Positions 40,541 to 50,563 of a stretch of DNA of 64,000 nt are shown piece after piece. The translations under genes and the position numbers were made by a program. The notes under the pieces were generated by a model. It was not told the origin of the DNA. It searched no databases and worked only from the letters and a program-made list of their open reading frames with translations. The DNA is from Candidatus Binatia bacterium (lineage in GTDB: Bacteria; Desulfobacterota; Binatia; UBA9968; CAXXLF01). The stretch spans positions 480,001-544,000 of the forward strand of contig CAXXLF010000001.1 of assembly GCA_963664015.2 (NCBI GenBank), read 5' to 3'. How positions within the stretch are numbered: the first letter of the stretch is position 1; every line of letters starts with the position of its first letter.

Positions 40541-40816
40541 TATTTACACCGCACCATAAAACACGTTATTGGAAAACTTAATGTAAAGATAATTCGGCTT
40601 AACTGGCTTAACATGGAGCCCAAAAGGCGTCAACGAGTTCAGCCCATGGGAGGATTTACTTGCATAGCCCAATCCATCCATAATGTCCAGATCTTGAAGA
40701 ACGCAACTCATGGTTGACACGGCCAACTATTATCGGTATAGGCTGCCCCCATTGGCAAGTGAAAAATCGTTATCGGTCATCGTGTCATCTTCTGGAGTCG
40801 ATAAGGAAATTGTTTC

Positions 40817-41680
40817 ATGATGAAGATCGGATTTATCGGAGTCGGGCAAATGGGAAGTCTCCTTGCCGGATTCCTTCTCAATGACGGCTATCCGGTGTCG
40901 GTTTACGACATCGATCCCCGTTGTATCGATCCCCTGGTCCGGCAGGGCGCCCAGCCGGCTTCCAGTCCCAAGGACCTGACTTCCAAATCCGATGTCGTCA
41001 TTACGGTCCTGACCTATCCCAAAGTCGTCGAGGAAGTAATCTGCGGAAAGGACGGCGTGGTCGAAGGGCTTTCCAATGACAAGATCGTGATCGAGACAAG
41101 CAGCATCGATGCCGAGACCTCCATCCGAGTCGGCAAAGAGATCGAAGCTCACGGTGGCAAGTACCTGGAGGCCGCCTTGCTCGGCCCTCCACCCGTCGTC
41201 AAGCTCAAAAAATTGGTTTTTATAACAGCAGGGGATGAGAAGAGCGCCAAAAAATGTGAGCCTCTTTTTCTATCCATGGGCCGGAAGGCCCTTTACGTCG
41301 GCGGTCCCGGCAAGGCCAAGTTGATGAAGATTGCCAATGCCATGATCTATGCGGCGGAGACAACGGTCCTCTACGAAGTCATTGCTTGGTGTATACGCAA
41401 CGAGGTCTCCCCGGAGGCGTTGCTTGAGCTTCGCGATGAAAGATTTACATTGAACCTGGATCAGGTCAGGGAGATCCTCAAAGGCAATCTCACCGGGAAA
41501 CCCAACTGGGTCATCAAGGATGTCTTCCACGGCTTGAGTAAGGCCGATGAAAAAGAGATACCAATGCCGATTCTCGGCACCGTGCGCGACATGGTTCACT
41601 GGGCCAGGTCGCAAGGGATGGAGCAGTACCCCTTTTCCGAATTGATCTGGATGCTGTACAAGAAAACGGTGAAAAAATAA
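40817..41680 (+). CDS. NAD(P)-dependent oxidoreductase, 3-hydroxyisobutyrate/6PGD family
   Basis: IGFIGVGQMG, MKIAN. Confidence 0.82.
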   Translation: MMKIGFIGVGQMGSLLAGFLLNDGYPVSVYDIDPRCIDPLVRQGAQPASSPKDLTSKSDVVITVLTYPKVVEEVICGKDGVVEGLSNDKIVIETSSIDAETSIRVGKEIEAHGGKYLEAALLGPPPVVKLKKLVFITAGDEKSAKKCEPLFLSMGRKALYVGGPGKAKLMKIANAMIYAAETTVLYEVIAWCIRNEVSPEALLELRDERFTLNLDQVREILKGNLTGKPNWVIKDVFHGLSKADEKEIPMPILGTVRDMVHWARSQGMEQYPFSELIWMLYKKTVKK

Positions 41681-41835
41681 TTTCCAACTCGCTCCCGCCC
41701 GCTAGACTCAGCCAGTCGAAGCCCTTAGCGGTTGTACTAACGCTGTTACCAATTGGCCAACGTCAGGCAATCTATGATAAAAAAGAGCATTAAAATGCCT
41801 TCACCCTTTATGAAACTGCTGGAGGATGCCTATTC

Positions 41836-42102
41836 ATGACTCAACAGCTCGTCACGACCTTCGTAGCCGTATTCCTCGCCGAGTTGGGGGATAAAACACA
41901 AATCGCAACGCTTTCCTTTGCAGCCAACCCGTCCTATAACCGTTGGATCGTGCTTTTAGGAGCCTGCTCGGCCCTCTTTTTGATTTCTCTTATCGCAGTG
42001 CTGATCGGGTCCGCAGCCGGGAATTGGATCAATCCCAAATACCTGAGAGTCGTTTCCGGTTTCCTCTTTATCGGCATCGGACTGTTGACCCTTTGGAAAT
42101 AG
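41836..42102 (+). CDS. TMEM165/GDT1 (UPF0016) single-repeat protein
   Basis: FLAELGDKTQ motif, 3 TM helices. Confidence 0.88.
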   Translation: MTQQLVTTFVAVFLAELGDKTQIATLSFAANPSYNRWIVLLGACSALFLISLIAVLIGSAAGNWINPKYLRVVSGFLFIGIGLLTLWK

Positions 42103-42163
42103 ACCAAGGGCTCTCCGCCCCTCGACTCCCGATCCCCGATTAGAAAAGAAATCATCTCGAACA

Positions 42164-42886
42164 ATGGAAACCATCAAAGCAACGTTATGGATCTACCGGA
42201 TGACCCTGGAGCGCTCCTTAGCCCTCCTCAGGGGAAACTGGGGCGTGGTGTTTGCGCCCTTGGGTTACAGCTTGATTCTCCTGGTAGCCACAGTGGTCTT
42301 TGGCACCCTGGGGTTGATAGGAGGCATCCTGCTAGCGCTAACTATGGACGCCTGCATGAGTTCGGGGCTTTTTCTCGTCGAAAACATTATAAATGCCAGA
42401 AGGGCTAGCCTGAAGGATTTCGCCAGGGGGTTTACCGTTTATCTGTGGGATATCGTGATGGTTTCCTTTATGCTTTGGGTTCCAATGATGGTGGTGTCAT
42501 CGGCCCTCTACCCCATGCCCAATGGGCCACTGCTCGTGTTTTTTATTCAACTCACACTTTACATTATTCTCAACGCGGTGCCCGAAATAATCTACCAAAC
42601 CCGAGCCTCGGGGCTGGATCTGCTGGTTGCCAGCTACCGTTTTATCGTCGAGAATTGGGCCGAGTGGTTCGCACCCAACGTGTTGATCACCCTGGCTGGT
42701 TTTTGCCTCCTCCGTCTGCTCGATCCCATCGTCATGGCGCTCCCCCTCCCTATGGTCATTTTTGTAATGGCGCTCGCTTTCGGCCTCTTTCTTACTTATC
42801 TGATGATCTTTCGGGGCCTTCTCTTTTCTGAACTCAATGGAAGCAACCGGCGCGCTCGGATTTACAAATACAAAGTGCGTGAATAA
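42164..42886 (+). CDS. Conserved hypothetical membrane protein
   Basis: Multiple TM helices, NAVPEIIYQ, FRGLLF. Confidence 0.65.
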   Translation: METIKATLWIYRMTLERSLALLRGNWGVVFAPLGYSLILLVATVVFGTLGLIGGILLALTMDACMSSGLFLVENIINARRASLKDFARGFTVYLWDIVMVSFMLWVPMMVVSSALYPMPNGPLLVFFIQLTLYIILNAVPEIIYQTRASGLDLLVASYRFIVENWAEWFAPNVLITLAGFCLLRLLDPIVMALPLPMVIFVMALAFGLFLTYLMIFRGLLFSELNGSNRRARIYKYKVRE

Positions 42887-42998
42887 AACCGACCCAGGGA
42901 TTTCCCCACACGATCCTTGAGTAAGGGAAGGTTCAGGACTTGCTAACTATCGTGCCTTAGCCCTATGATCGGTTGGAGGATTAGTAAAGGAATAGACG

Positions 42999-43367
42999 AT
43001 GGACCGAGGCTTTTTCATTCTTGGCTCTCTGGTGGCCCTCTTGGGGGTAGGCTTGGGGGCCTTTGCCACCCACGGCCTCAAAGGTCGATTGTCTTCAGAA
43101 TTGCTCGCTGCCTTTGAGGTTGGCGTTCGATACCAGATGTATCACGCCCTGGCGCTCCTGGCTGTGGCCTGGGCCTGGTCGCGCTGGCCTCGAACTGAAA
43201 TTACGGCTGCCGGCTGGCTTTTTTTAGCCGGGATCGTGCTTTTCTCAGGCAGCCTGTACCTTTTGGCCCTAACGGGTTCACGCCCCCTCGGGATCATCAC
43301 ACCCGTAGGAGGGGTTTTGTTGATCATAGGATGGCTTGCCCTCGCATGGGGGGTTTGGCAGGGCTGA
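42999..43367 (+). CDS. DUF423/YgdD (TMEM256) membrane protein
   Basis: GAFATHGL, YQMYHA, FSGSLY, ITPVGG. Confidence 0.9.
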   Translation: MDRGFFILGSLVALLGVGLGAFATHGLKGRLSSELLAAFEVGVRYQMYHALALLAVAWAWSRWPRTEITAAGWLFLAGIVLFSGSLYLLALTGSRPLGIITPVGGVLLIIGWLALAWGVWQG

Positions 43368-43439
43368 GAGAGTCCCGTGGAGTCTGGAAACAGCTCTCTT
43401 TCTTGACACTCCGATCAAGCTAATCTAGTTAATTAATAA

Positions 43440-44558
43440 ATGGTTATCGGCATCCCAAAAGAGATCAAAACGGAAGAGAACCGTGTGGCCATCACCCCAA
43501 CGGGAGTTTCGGCCCTGGTTACCCACGGACACCAGGTATTTATCGAGAAGGGAGCCGGTTGGGGTAGCGGCATCCTGGATCGCGCATACGAGGCCGCTGG
43601 GGCAGCGATTGATAAGTCGGCCCGGGACCTCTGGCAACGGGCCGAGATAATAATGAAGGTCAAGGAGCCTTTGGATGAGGAACTGAATTGGCTTCGGCCG
43701 GAACTGATCCTCTTTGCCTATCTCCACCTGGCCGCCAACCAAATACTGACGCGCGCCCTGGCAAAGAAAAAGGTGGCCGCCGTCGCCTACGAAACCATTC
43801 AGCTGAAGGATGGGTCGTTGCCGCTCCTGATCCCCATGAGCGAAATTGCCGGCCGCCTGTCGTTACAGGTAGGAGCCTGGTGTCTTCAGGCGGAAAATGG
43901 CGGCCGGGGACTTCTGCTGGGTGGTGCATCCGGTGTACGTCCCGGCAAGGTTGTAATTCTGGGAGCGGGAATAGCGGGATCCAGCGCATGCCAGGTGGCT
44001 ACGGGGATGGGAGCTGACGTAAGCATCTTGGATGTGAATTCCTCAAAACTTAGATATATTCATGACATCCTCGGGGGACGGATCACGACTCTCATGTCCA
44101 ACGCGGCCAACGTGGAAGAAGAGGTGGTGGACGCTGATTTGGTTATCGGATCCATTCTCATACCGGGGGCAAAGTCCCCTAAACTCATTTCCCGCTCCCT
44201 GCTCAAATTGATGAAACCTGGCGCAGCCATTGTCGATATTGCCATTGATCAGGGCGGATGTGTGGAAAGCGCTCGCCCCACGACCCATACGGATCCAATC
44301 TACGTCGAGCAGGAGATCGTCCACTACTGCGTTACCAATATGCCGGCTATCGTGCCTTACACCTCAACCTACGCCCTTACCAATGCCACCCTTGCGTATG
44401 GCTTGGAGATCGCCGACCATGGTATGATTCAATCCATGCGCGGGAACGCCGCCCTGGCGCGGGGACTCAACACTTACCGGGGAAAGATTACTCATGAGGG
44501 GGTAGCCAATGCGTTTGGCTTGAGCACCACTCCTCTAGAAGAGGTCCTCGGCCTATGA
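43440..44558 (+). CDS. ald: Alanine dehydrogenase
   Basis: GIPKEIK..ENRVA, YLHLA, PMSEIAG, AIDQGGC, NMP. Confidence 0.94.
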   Translation: MVIGIPKEIKTEENRVAITPTGVSALVTHGHQVFIEKGAGWGSGILDRAYEAAGAAIDKSARDLWQRAEIIMKVKEPLDEELNWLRPELILFAYLHLAANQILTRALAKKKVAAVAYETIQLKDGSLPLLIPMSEIAGRLSLQVGAWCLQAENGGRGLLLGGASGVRPGKVVILGAGIAGSSACQVATGMGADVSILDVNSSKLRYIHDILGGRITTLMSNAANVEEEVVDADLVIGSILIPGAKSPKLISRSLLKLMKPGAAIVDIAIDQGGCVESARPTTHTDPIYVEQEIVHYCVTNMPAIVPYTSTYALTNATLAYGLEIADHGMIQSMRGNAALARGLNTYRGKITHEGVANAFGLSTTPLEEVLGL

Positions 44559-45490
44559 GGCTGGTCACACGACCGGACTTTGACGGACTCGTTTGCGGCT
44601 CCTTGACCACGGCCCTAGAACAAATCGATTCCACTCTATTTGTCGAGCCCAAGTGGATGCAGGACGGCATAGTCGATGTGCGCCATGGGGATATCATTGC
44701 CAACCTGCCCTTTCATCCCAATTGCAGCTTATGGTTCGACCACCATCTCAGCAACGAGGTCCAGGGATTTGACACACCCATCGTCAAAGGTAGAGGAGGA
44801 TACCGGCTGGCCCCCAGCGCCGCACGGGTCGTCTTTGAATACTACGACCAGGTCCCTTTAGGATCCGACCACAAGACCAAGACCGCACTGGAAATGATCC
44901 GGAGTGATCGTTTCACAAAACTCCTCCAGGATACGGATAAGATCGATGCCGGACTCCTGACCCATGACGACGTGCTACACCCCAAGGGTTACGTCCTCAT
45001 TTCCATGACCATCGACGGCAAGAGAACCGCCGACGAACCATACTGGCTCCAACTGATCGAACTGTTACGGGACCGGACCCTGGACGAGGTGTTGGGAGAC
45101 CCGTCGGTAAAGGAACAGTCCGAGCGAATTCTCGGACTTCAGGGGACACTTAAGGATATTCTTCAAAAACACGCACAATTGAAAGGCAACGTCATATTCA
45201 TCGATCTTCGCGGCATGCCCGATATTTCCGAGGTGAACCGTTTCCTGATATATACCCTTTTCCCCGAGGCGAATATCTCTCTCAAGGTGGCCAACGATAG
45301 TCAAAAGGTCGAGCGAACTGCCCTCTCGGTTGGGTACAACATTTTCAATACGACCTCCAAGGTCAATGTCGGCGCCCTCATGCAGAAGTACGGTGGCGGC
45401 GGCCATCGAGTCGTCGGTTCCAGTCGGGTACCCAAAGCCGAAGCCGACAACGATATCCGAGAGATCCTTCAGGCCATTACAGACCCCTAA
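44555..45490 (+). CDS. DHH-family phosphoesterase (exopolyphosphatase-like)
   Basis: RLVTRPDFDG, FDHH, APSAARV, GGGGH. Confidence 0.82.
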   Translation: MRLVTRPDFDGLVCGSLTTALEQIDSTLFVEPKWMQDGIVDVRHGDIIANLPFHPNCSLWFDHHLSNEVQGFDTPIVKGRGGYRLAPSAARVVFEYYDQVPLGSDHKTKTALEMIRSDRFTKLLQDTDKIDAGLLTHDDVLHPKGYVLISMTIDGKRTADEPYWLQLIELLRDRTLDEVLGDPSVKEQSERILGLQGTLKDILQKHAQLKGNVIFIDLRGMPDISEVNRFLIYTLFPEANISLKVANDSQKVERTALSVGYNIFNTTSKVNVGALMQKYGGGGHRVVGSSRVPKAEADNDIREILQAITDP

Positions 45491-45536
45491 AGCAGATTCA
45501 AAGAAAAGAGAAGGCACTGGGATACAACAGATAACG

Positions 45537-45881
45537 ATGAAATTATTAAAGATCCACGACGCCCTTAAAAGCCTCGAACGTGTCAACGATGAGATTCGCT
45601 ACAAGAGCTGCATCGAGGAAAAAGAGTACACAGTGGGTCTCATCGCCTTCAGTCCCCGAACCAGCCCGGACGTCAAACAAATCAACCATCACGATAAAGA
45701 CGTGGTGTGCCAGGTCCTCCACGGCCGTGGCAGATTGCGGCTTCAGGACGAGATCCTGGAATTAGAGCCGGGGACACTCTGTCACATACCCAGGGGTACC
45801 CCCCATGACTTTTCCGCCGGGCATGATGGAGAGCTGGTCCTGCTGTACTCCCTCATGACGACGGGGAAAAAGAATAGGTAG
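45537..45881 (+). CDS. Cupin domain protein
   Basis: HHDKDV..GRGRL..PGTLCHIPRGTPH. Confidence 0.75.
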   Translation: MKLLKIHDALKSLERVNDEIRYKSCIEEKEYTVGLIAFSPRTSPDVKQINHHDKDVVCQVLHGRGRLRLQDEILELEPGTLCHIPRGTPHDFSAGHDGELVLLYSLMTTGKKNR

Positions 45882-45950
45882 ATGGGATGCTCCCTCATCG
45901 GTCACCCCACTCGGTCCTAACCTTCAATAACAGGGTTCCCCGGAGGCGTT

Positions 45951-46874
45951 TTGCGATCCCATAAATTTTCCAACTCATTCCCCGTCTGGCTCGTGCTCCT
46001 TGTCCTGACGAGCTCTGTGGGGGGATGCTCTTCCAAAGTCCGTCCGGACCCCCAGTACGAGGCAACCGGCAGCCTGCTTGAAACGATCAAGGATTTTCAA
46101 AGGCTGAACCGCGAGGATCTCTATCGCTTTCCAATTTCCAAAGACGTTACGGGCACCAACATTATCAAGGCTACGCTGACTCGCCTGGATGATTACGAAA
46201 AGACCCATGCAAACGGAATGATCGATATCGTCAGCTTTACCAAGGCCATGGCTTATGAGCGGCTGAGAGATTACGATCGGGCCTTGGTCTACTACCAGAA
46301 GGTAGCCCAATTGAATGGACGGCTGGGCGAGCAGGCAAGAAACAACATCGAGACCATAAAGGCCTTTCAAAGGATTTTAAATAAACCTCTTTCGGTCCAG
46401 GATCCATTCGAGTACATCAAGGGACTCGACGAGAAGGTCCAGGCATGGAATGAAATGGCACGGAGCTATCAAGGGACGCCTTATGAGTACCTGGCCCATA
46501 TTGAAGAAGAAAGGATTGACCGTGCCAAGGTCGCCTTTGTGGAATTAAACCGCTCCCGTTTGAAGGACGGAAACCAGCTGGTCATCCTGGGCTACAGCCA
46601 GCTAATCACCAAGCACCGATTAAGCAAGAATCTCCACAGCTATCTCCTGGACTTTGGCGACTACTACGTAAGGTTGGCCAACGAGTACGTTACCCAGAAC
46701 GATCCCCAGGGCTTGAGCTTTCAGCCGGAAGCCCTTGATCAGCTTGCAAAATTAGCCCTCAAATACTATACAGAAGTGGCTCACCAAGACGGTAAGATGG
46801 AAAAGATCGAAGCCGAAGGAAAGATCAAGAGCCTGCAAGCTCTGACTCAGAGAATCAGGAAAATCAACCAGTGA
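45951..46874 (+). CDS. Hypothetical TPR-like lipoprotein
   Basis: Signal peptide ending VGGC; helical repeats AMAYERLRDYDRALVYY. Confidence 0.7.
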   Translation: MRSHKFSNSFPVWLVLLVLTSSVGGCSSKVRPDPQYEATGSLLETIKDFQRLNREDLYRFPISKDVTGTNIIKATLTRLDDYEKTHANGMIDIVSFTKAMAYERLRDYDRALVYYQKVAQLNGRLGEQARNNIETIKAFQRILNKPLSVQDPFEYIKGLDEKVQAWNEMARSYQGTPYEYLAHIEEERIDRAKVAFVELNRSRLKDGNQLVILGYSQLITKHRLSKNLHSYLLDFGDYYVRLANEYVTQNDPQGLSFQPEALDQLAKLALKYYTEVAHQDGKMEKIEAEGKIKSLQALTQRIRKINQ

Positions 46875-49375
46875 TCGCAATAATCCAGTTAATTCTCCTC
46901 TCGTTGCTTATGCTCCAATCGGGTATCTTATGGGGCGAGTCCACTGGTGAAGATGGGACGGCAGCAGTATCCATAATCTTGAACCCCATGCCCGAATTCG
47001 ACCCTTTCACCATGCGATCCCGACCTACACCTGAATTCTTTCCCGATGAGACCGAAAAGCGAGTGCGCAAACTGCTCATCCAGAACCTTACAGAACCCAA
47101 CAAGGACCTGATCGACCATGTCCGCTACTTCAAAGATAGGGACTCTCAGCTAAGCAAAGAGCGGAACCGGGTAACCGGTCTGACGGATCACGTCATGGAT
47201 CTGAATCTCACGACGATCCGAAGTCGTTCCGAATACCTGGCTGCCAATAAAGAGGCACTGGATTCGGCGTCCACGGATGAACGAAAGAACCTCATCCAGT
47301 CCAGGATCCGTAACGATGAGCTTACGCGGGCCCATAAACTATTGAAAAACAGCAACACGAACCGCGTCGGATCCTTTACCAATCGACTTCTCAAATCTGT
47401 AGATCTGGTCGACATCGCATCGGGCTCCTATCTATCCGCTGCAGTCGATACAACGGTTGCCCAGGTCATGTCCCTGAAGGATATAACAATGCCCATCGGG
47501 GAAAGGCAGGCGTTAGCCCTATACCGCCATTTTTTAAAACTCTACCCGGAAGATCCGGAAAGAGAAAAAGTTGAAAAACTCGTGGAGGGTTTGGAGAAAA
47601 AGAAGAGAGGCTATCTTACCAGTCGCTACCTGGAACGATCCGAGGACGCCGCGGACGAGGGTGACCTGCACCGGGCCCAATTCCAACTGGAGATGGCTTA
47701 TCTGACCGATCCTGAACTGATGCAGTCTGATTCGAATTATAAGGAGCTCCGCAAGCGCCTGCAAGGGGAAGCTGAATCCAATGGATCTACCGAACCAGCA
47801 AAAATCATTAGCCACCCCGGCCCCGCACCGGATTCGGACATTCAAGAATTGTTTTACGCCCTAACCCTAAGGGATGCGGAGAAGATTCAAGCTCAGGCCA
47901 AGGCCGTAGAGGACCATCATCCAAATAGCGACCTGGGAGAATCGGCAAAGGACGCCCAAGCGGTAGCAATGGAGATCCAGGGACGTCATGACAAGGCAAA
48001 GAAGCTACTCCGCCAGATTGCTAGTTCTTCCCCCTCTCCACATCAAAGGCAACGGGCCAAGGCCCTGCTGGAAAGCCGCAATTATAATTTACTAGAATCG
48101 GTCCACAAAGCGCAAAACCAATACCGGCTCGATACAGTGAAATACGTACTCCTGGGGGAAGATTTTCTCGAGAAAAACATGCTCATCGGACTCCGGCCGC
48201 TCATGGCCCAGGGCATCGCAGGCGTCAACACCTGGGGTCTGGCCAATCTGATCTTCATGGGAACCAATCTATTCCACGTAATGACCGCTCATCCCGTATC
48301 CGACCAACCCATTATCGATAAGGCCGTGACCTACATCAGGAACCATCCGGATTCGGAAAGTACTACAGAAGTCTATGGGATTTTGGCGGAAGCCTACGAA
48401 GACCGGGGGAATTACGACAAAGCCATCGCCTATCACCGGCTGTCCGGCGCGGCTTCGGAGGAGAAGATCACGGCTCTCAAAGAATCCGCAGCGAGTTCCC
48501 TTCTCGACAGAGCAAAGGAAAGTAAATCAAGCGGAACCAAAGAATTCATCTTGAGGGGCCTACTGGAATTTTTCCCGGACAGCACCGCATCTAAGGAGGC
48601 CCATGGGGAGCTGGCAAAGCTAATGAAGCCGGAAAATCGGGGCGTAAAGATCAGCAAGCAATTTCTCATGGAAAACCCCGAACTCTATATGGAAAAGGGT
48701 TTGGGCCTCAAGCCATCGCTCTTCGATGGAGAAAACAACAATATGGAGCTCGCCGACCAGGGTATCAATCTCATCAGCAATGAAGAGATTCTCTTCCATT
48801 TTGATACCCCGTGGGGGATCCAAAGCCGCCCTTACCTAGTGCGTGCAGAAACCATCGATCGCTTCGAGCGGGCCCTGAGGAAAAAGAATTACCAGGTGGC
48901 CATGAGCGATATTCACACCCGCCCCGTAGATAGCAGGGGAGGCTATACTAATCTCCCCGATAAGATTCGTAAGGGCAACGGTCAGGAGGGCACGAGGAGC
49001 CAGGACGGCACTGATCTCAGGCTGGTCAAGCGCGCCAAGGGAACCTCCCCTACCTATCCCAAGGTTCTCGATTATGAACTCTTGAGTAAAAACGAGCAAA
49101 ACCCGGGGTCCATGTTCGAAATGCCAGAGATCAAAGGAACCATTTCCGCCAACGACATCAACGTTAGCGGAGCACTCCCTACCACCCTTTGGGGGGAAAG
49201 TCTCAGTTTTGGATCCGCTGATGGAAACGCGGCTGCTGGGCTACAACTTCCCATCCCACTGTTGCAGAATTTCATCCCCGTAGATTTTTTCCTACAGGGG
49301 TCGACCGGACGCCCATCCCTGATACCCCAGATCCATACATTCCAACTTGGTGAAGACGCCACCCTATTTCGCTAG
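46871..49375 (+). CDS. Large exported hypothetical protein with TPR repeats
   Basis: Signal peptide; LAEAYEDRGNYDKAIAY TPR; GTGA overlap with the upstream gene. Confidence 0.7.
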   Translation: MIAIIQLILLSLLMLQSGILWGESTGEDGTAAVSIILNPMPEFDPFTMRSRPTPEFFPDETEKRVRKLLIQNLTEPNKDLIDHVRYFKDRDSQLSKERNRVTGLTDHVMDLNLTTIRSRSEYLAANKEALDSASTDERKNLIQSRIRNDELTRAHKLLKNSNTNRVGSFTNRLLKSVDLVDIASGSYLSAAVDTTVAQVMSLKDITMPIGERQALALYRHFLKLYPEDPEREKVEKLVEGLEKKKRGYLTSRYLERSEDAADEGDLHRAQFQLEMAYLTDPELMQSDSNYKELRKRLQGEAESNGSTEPAKIISHPGPAPDSDIQELFYALTLRDAEKIQAQAKAVEDHHPNSDLGESAKDAQAVAMEIQGRHDKAKKLLRQIASSSPSPHQRQRAKALLESRNYNLLESVHKAQNQYRLDTVKYVLLGEDFLEKNMLIGLRPLMAQGIAGVNTWGLANLIFMGTNLFHVMTAHPVSDQPIIDKAVTYIRNHPDSESTTEVYGILAEAYEDRGNYDKAIAYHRLSGAASEEKITALKESAASSLLDRAKESKSSGTKEFILRGLLEFFPDSTASKEAHGELAKLMKPENRGVKISKQFLMENPELYMEKGLGLKPSLFDGENNNMELADQGINLISNEEILFHFDTPWGIQSRPYLVRAETIDRFERALRKKNYQVAMSDIHTRPVDSRGGYTNLPDKIRKGNGQEGTRSQDGTDLRLVKRAKGTSPTYPKVLDYELLSKNEQNPGSMFEMPEIKGTISANDINVSGALPTTLWGESLSFGSADGNAAAGLQLPIPLLQNFIPVDFFLQGSTGRPSLIPQIHTFQLGEDATLFR

Positions 49376-49601
49376 GCCGGAATCTGTGGTATCGGCTCCA
49401 TAGGGTCCGTAAGCATGGCGTGGGCATGATAAGATCGGTGCCCCACGCAATAGCCCAATGGTTCTAGAACCCATAGGGATGCCATGAAATGGAGGATACA
49501 ACCCCAAGGTATCTCAGACTCCAGACCCATGTACTCCCAAGTTATTTTGGATTAGGGGGCGCAGCAAAAGGCTTATCAACCATCATTCAGGGGGAAGAAA
49601 A

Positions 49602-50447
49602 ATGATACCAACCACTGCGTTGTCCAAGGCCCACATGGAATGTCGTTCCCTAGAGGAAACCGTCCCAGTCCTTACCGAGCTTTTGGCCTTTGAAAAAGTG
49701 GCAGAAGGACCCCGTACCATCACTCTTAAACACCCCAACAGCCAATGGCTACTCGCCGTTCATGAGGGGGGAGCCCAGGCCCCGGAGAAACAGATGCACA
49801 ATCACTTTGGGGTGAGGGTGACAAAGAAAGAGGAAGTGGACGCGGCTTATGCCTACCTGACCTCGCACCAAGACAAGTTTGGCCTACAAGAACTAAAAAA
49901 ACCCGAGAACTCCCATGGATCCTATTCGGTTTATTTTCGGGAACCAGGAACCAACGGATGGGAGATCGAATGTTTTGAAGACGTGCTGCGCAAAGAGATA
50001 GGAGGAACGCGACTTGGAGGCGTACGGGCCCCCCACTGGGATGCTCCGTTATCCCCCGAACGGTTTCCCGACAGAGGCTATCTCCCCCAGGCCTTTACCC
50101 ACGGAACTCTGGCTTCCAATGACCTGGAGACTTCCACACGGTTTTATACGGAAGTTCTTGGCCTGGAGGTCTACCGGGCCTATGAACAGGTCGTCTACAT
50201 CAAGCACCCACGTCAAAAGGCCTACATCGTAAGCCTTCGCCGCGATGGGAAAAAGGATTTCTCCCCTAATTTTCGATTTAGCATGACCCTGGAGTCCCAG
50301 AAGGCCGTGGAGGATGCGCACCGATGGCTTACCGAGTCAGGTAAAGAATACGGGATTCACGAGCTAGGAGAGTTGCAAACCGACGGGTCTCTATCCTTCT
50401 TCCTGGTCTCTGACCCGGACAAGAATTGGTGGGAGCTGACATCCTAG
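49602..50447 (+). CDS. VOC/glyoxalase family protein (two domains)
   Basis: HFG..VDAAY..YFREPGTNGWE; HGTL..FYTEVLGL..DPDKNWWE. Confidence 0.82.
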   Translation: MIPTTALSKAHMECRSLEETVPVLTELLAFEKVAEGPRTITLKHPNSQWLLAVHEGGAQAPEKQMHNHFGVRVTKKEEVDAAYAYLTSHQDKFGLQELKKPENSHGSYSVYFREPGTNGWEIECFEDVLRKEIGGTRLGGVRAPHWDAPLSPERFPDRGYLPQAFTHGTLASNDLETSTRFYTEVLGLEVYRAYEQVVYIKHPRQKAYIVSLRRDGKKDFSPNFRFSMTLESQKAVEDAHRWLTESGKEYGIHELGELQTDGSLSFFLVSDPDKNWWELTS

Positions 50448-50563
50448 AGTTGAACTTCCGAGAAAGGACAAAAGGCTGAAATAAGGCGATAGAACCGAAT
50501 TCATCTCTACCTCCTATACCACTGCTTTGGTTTAAAGGGGGCCAGGATATCCTTCGGGGGGTG

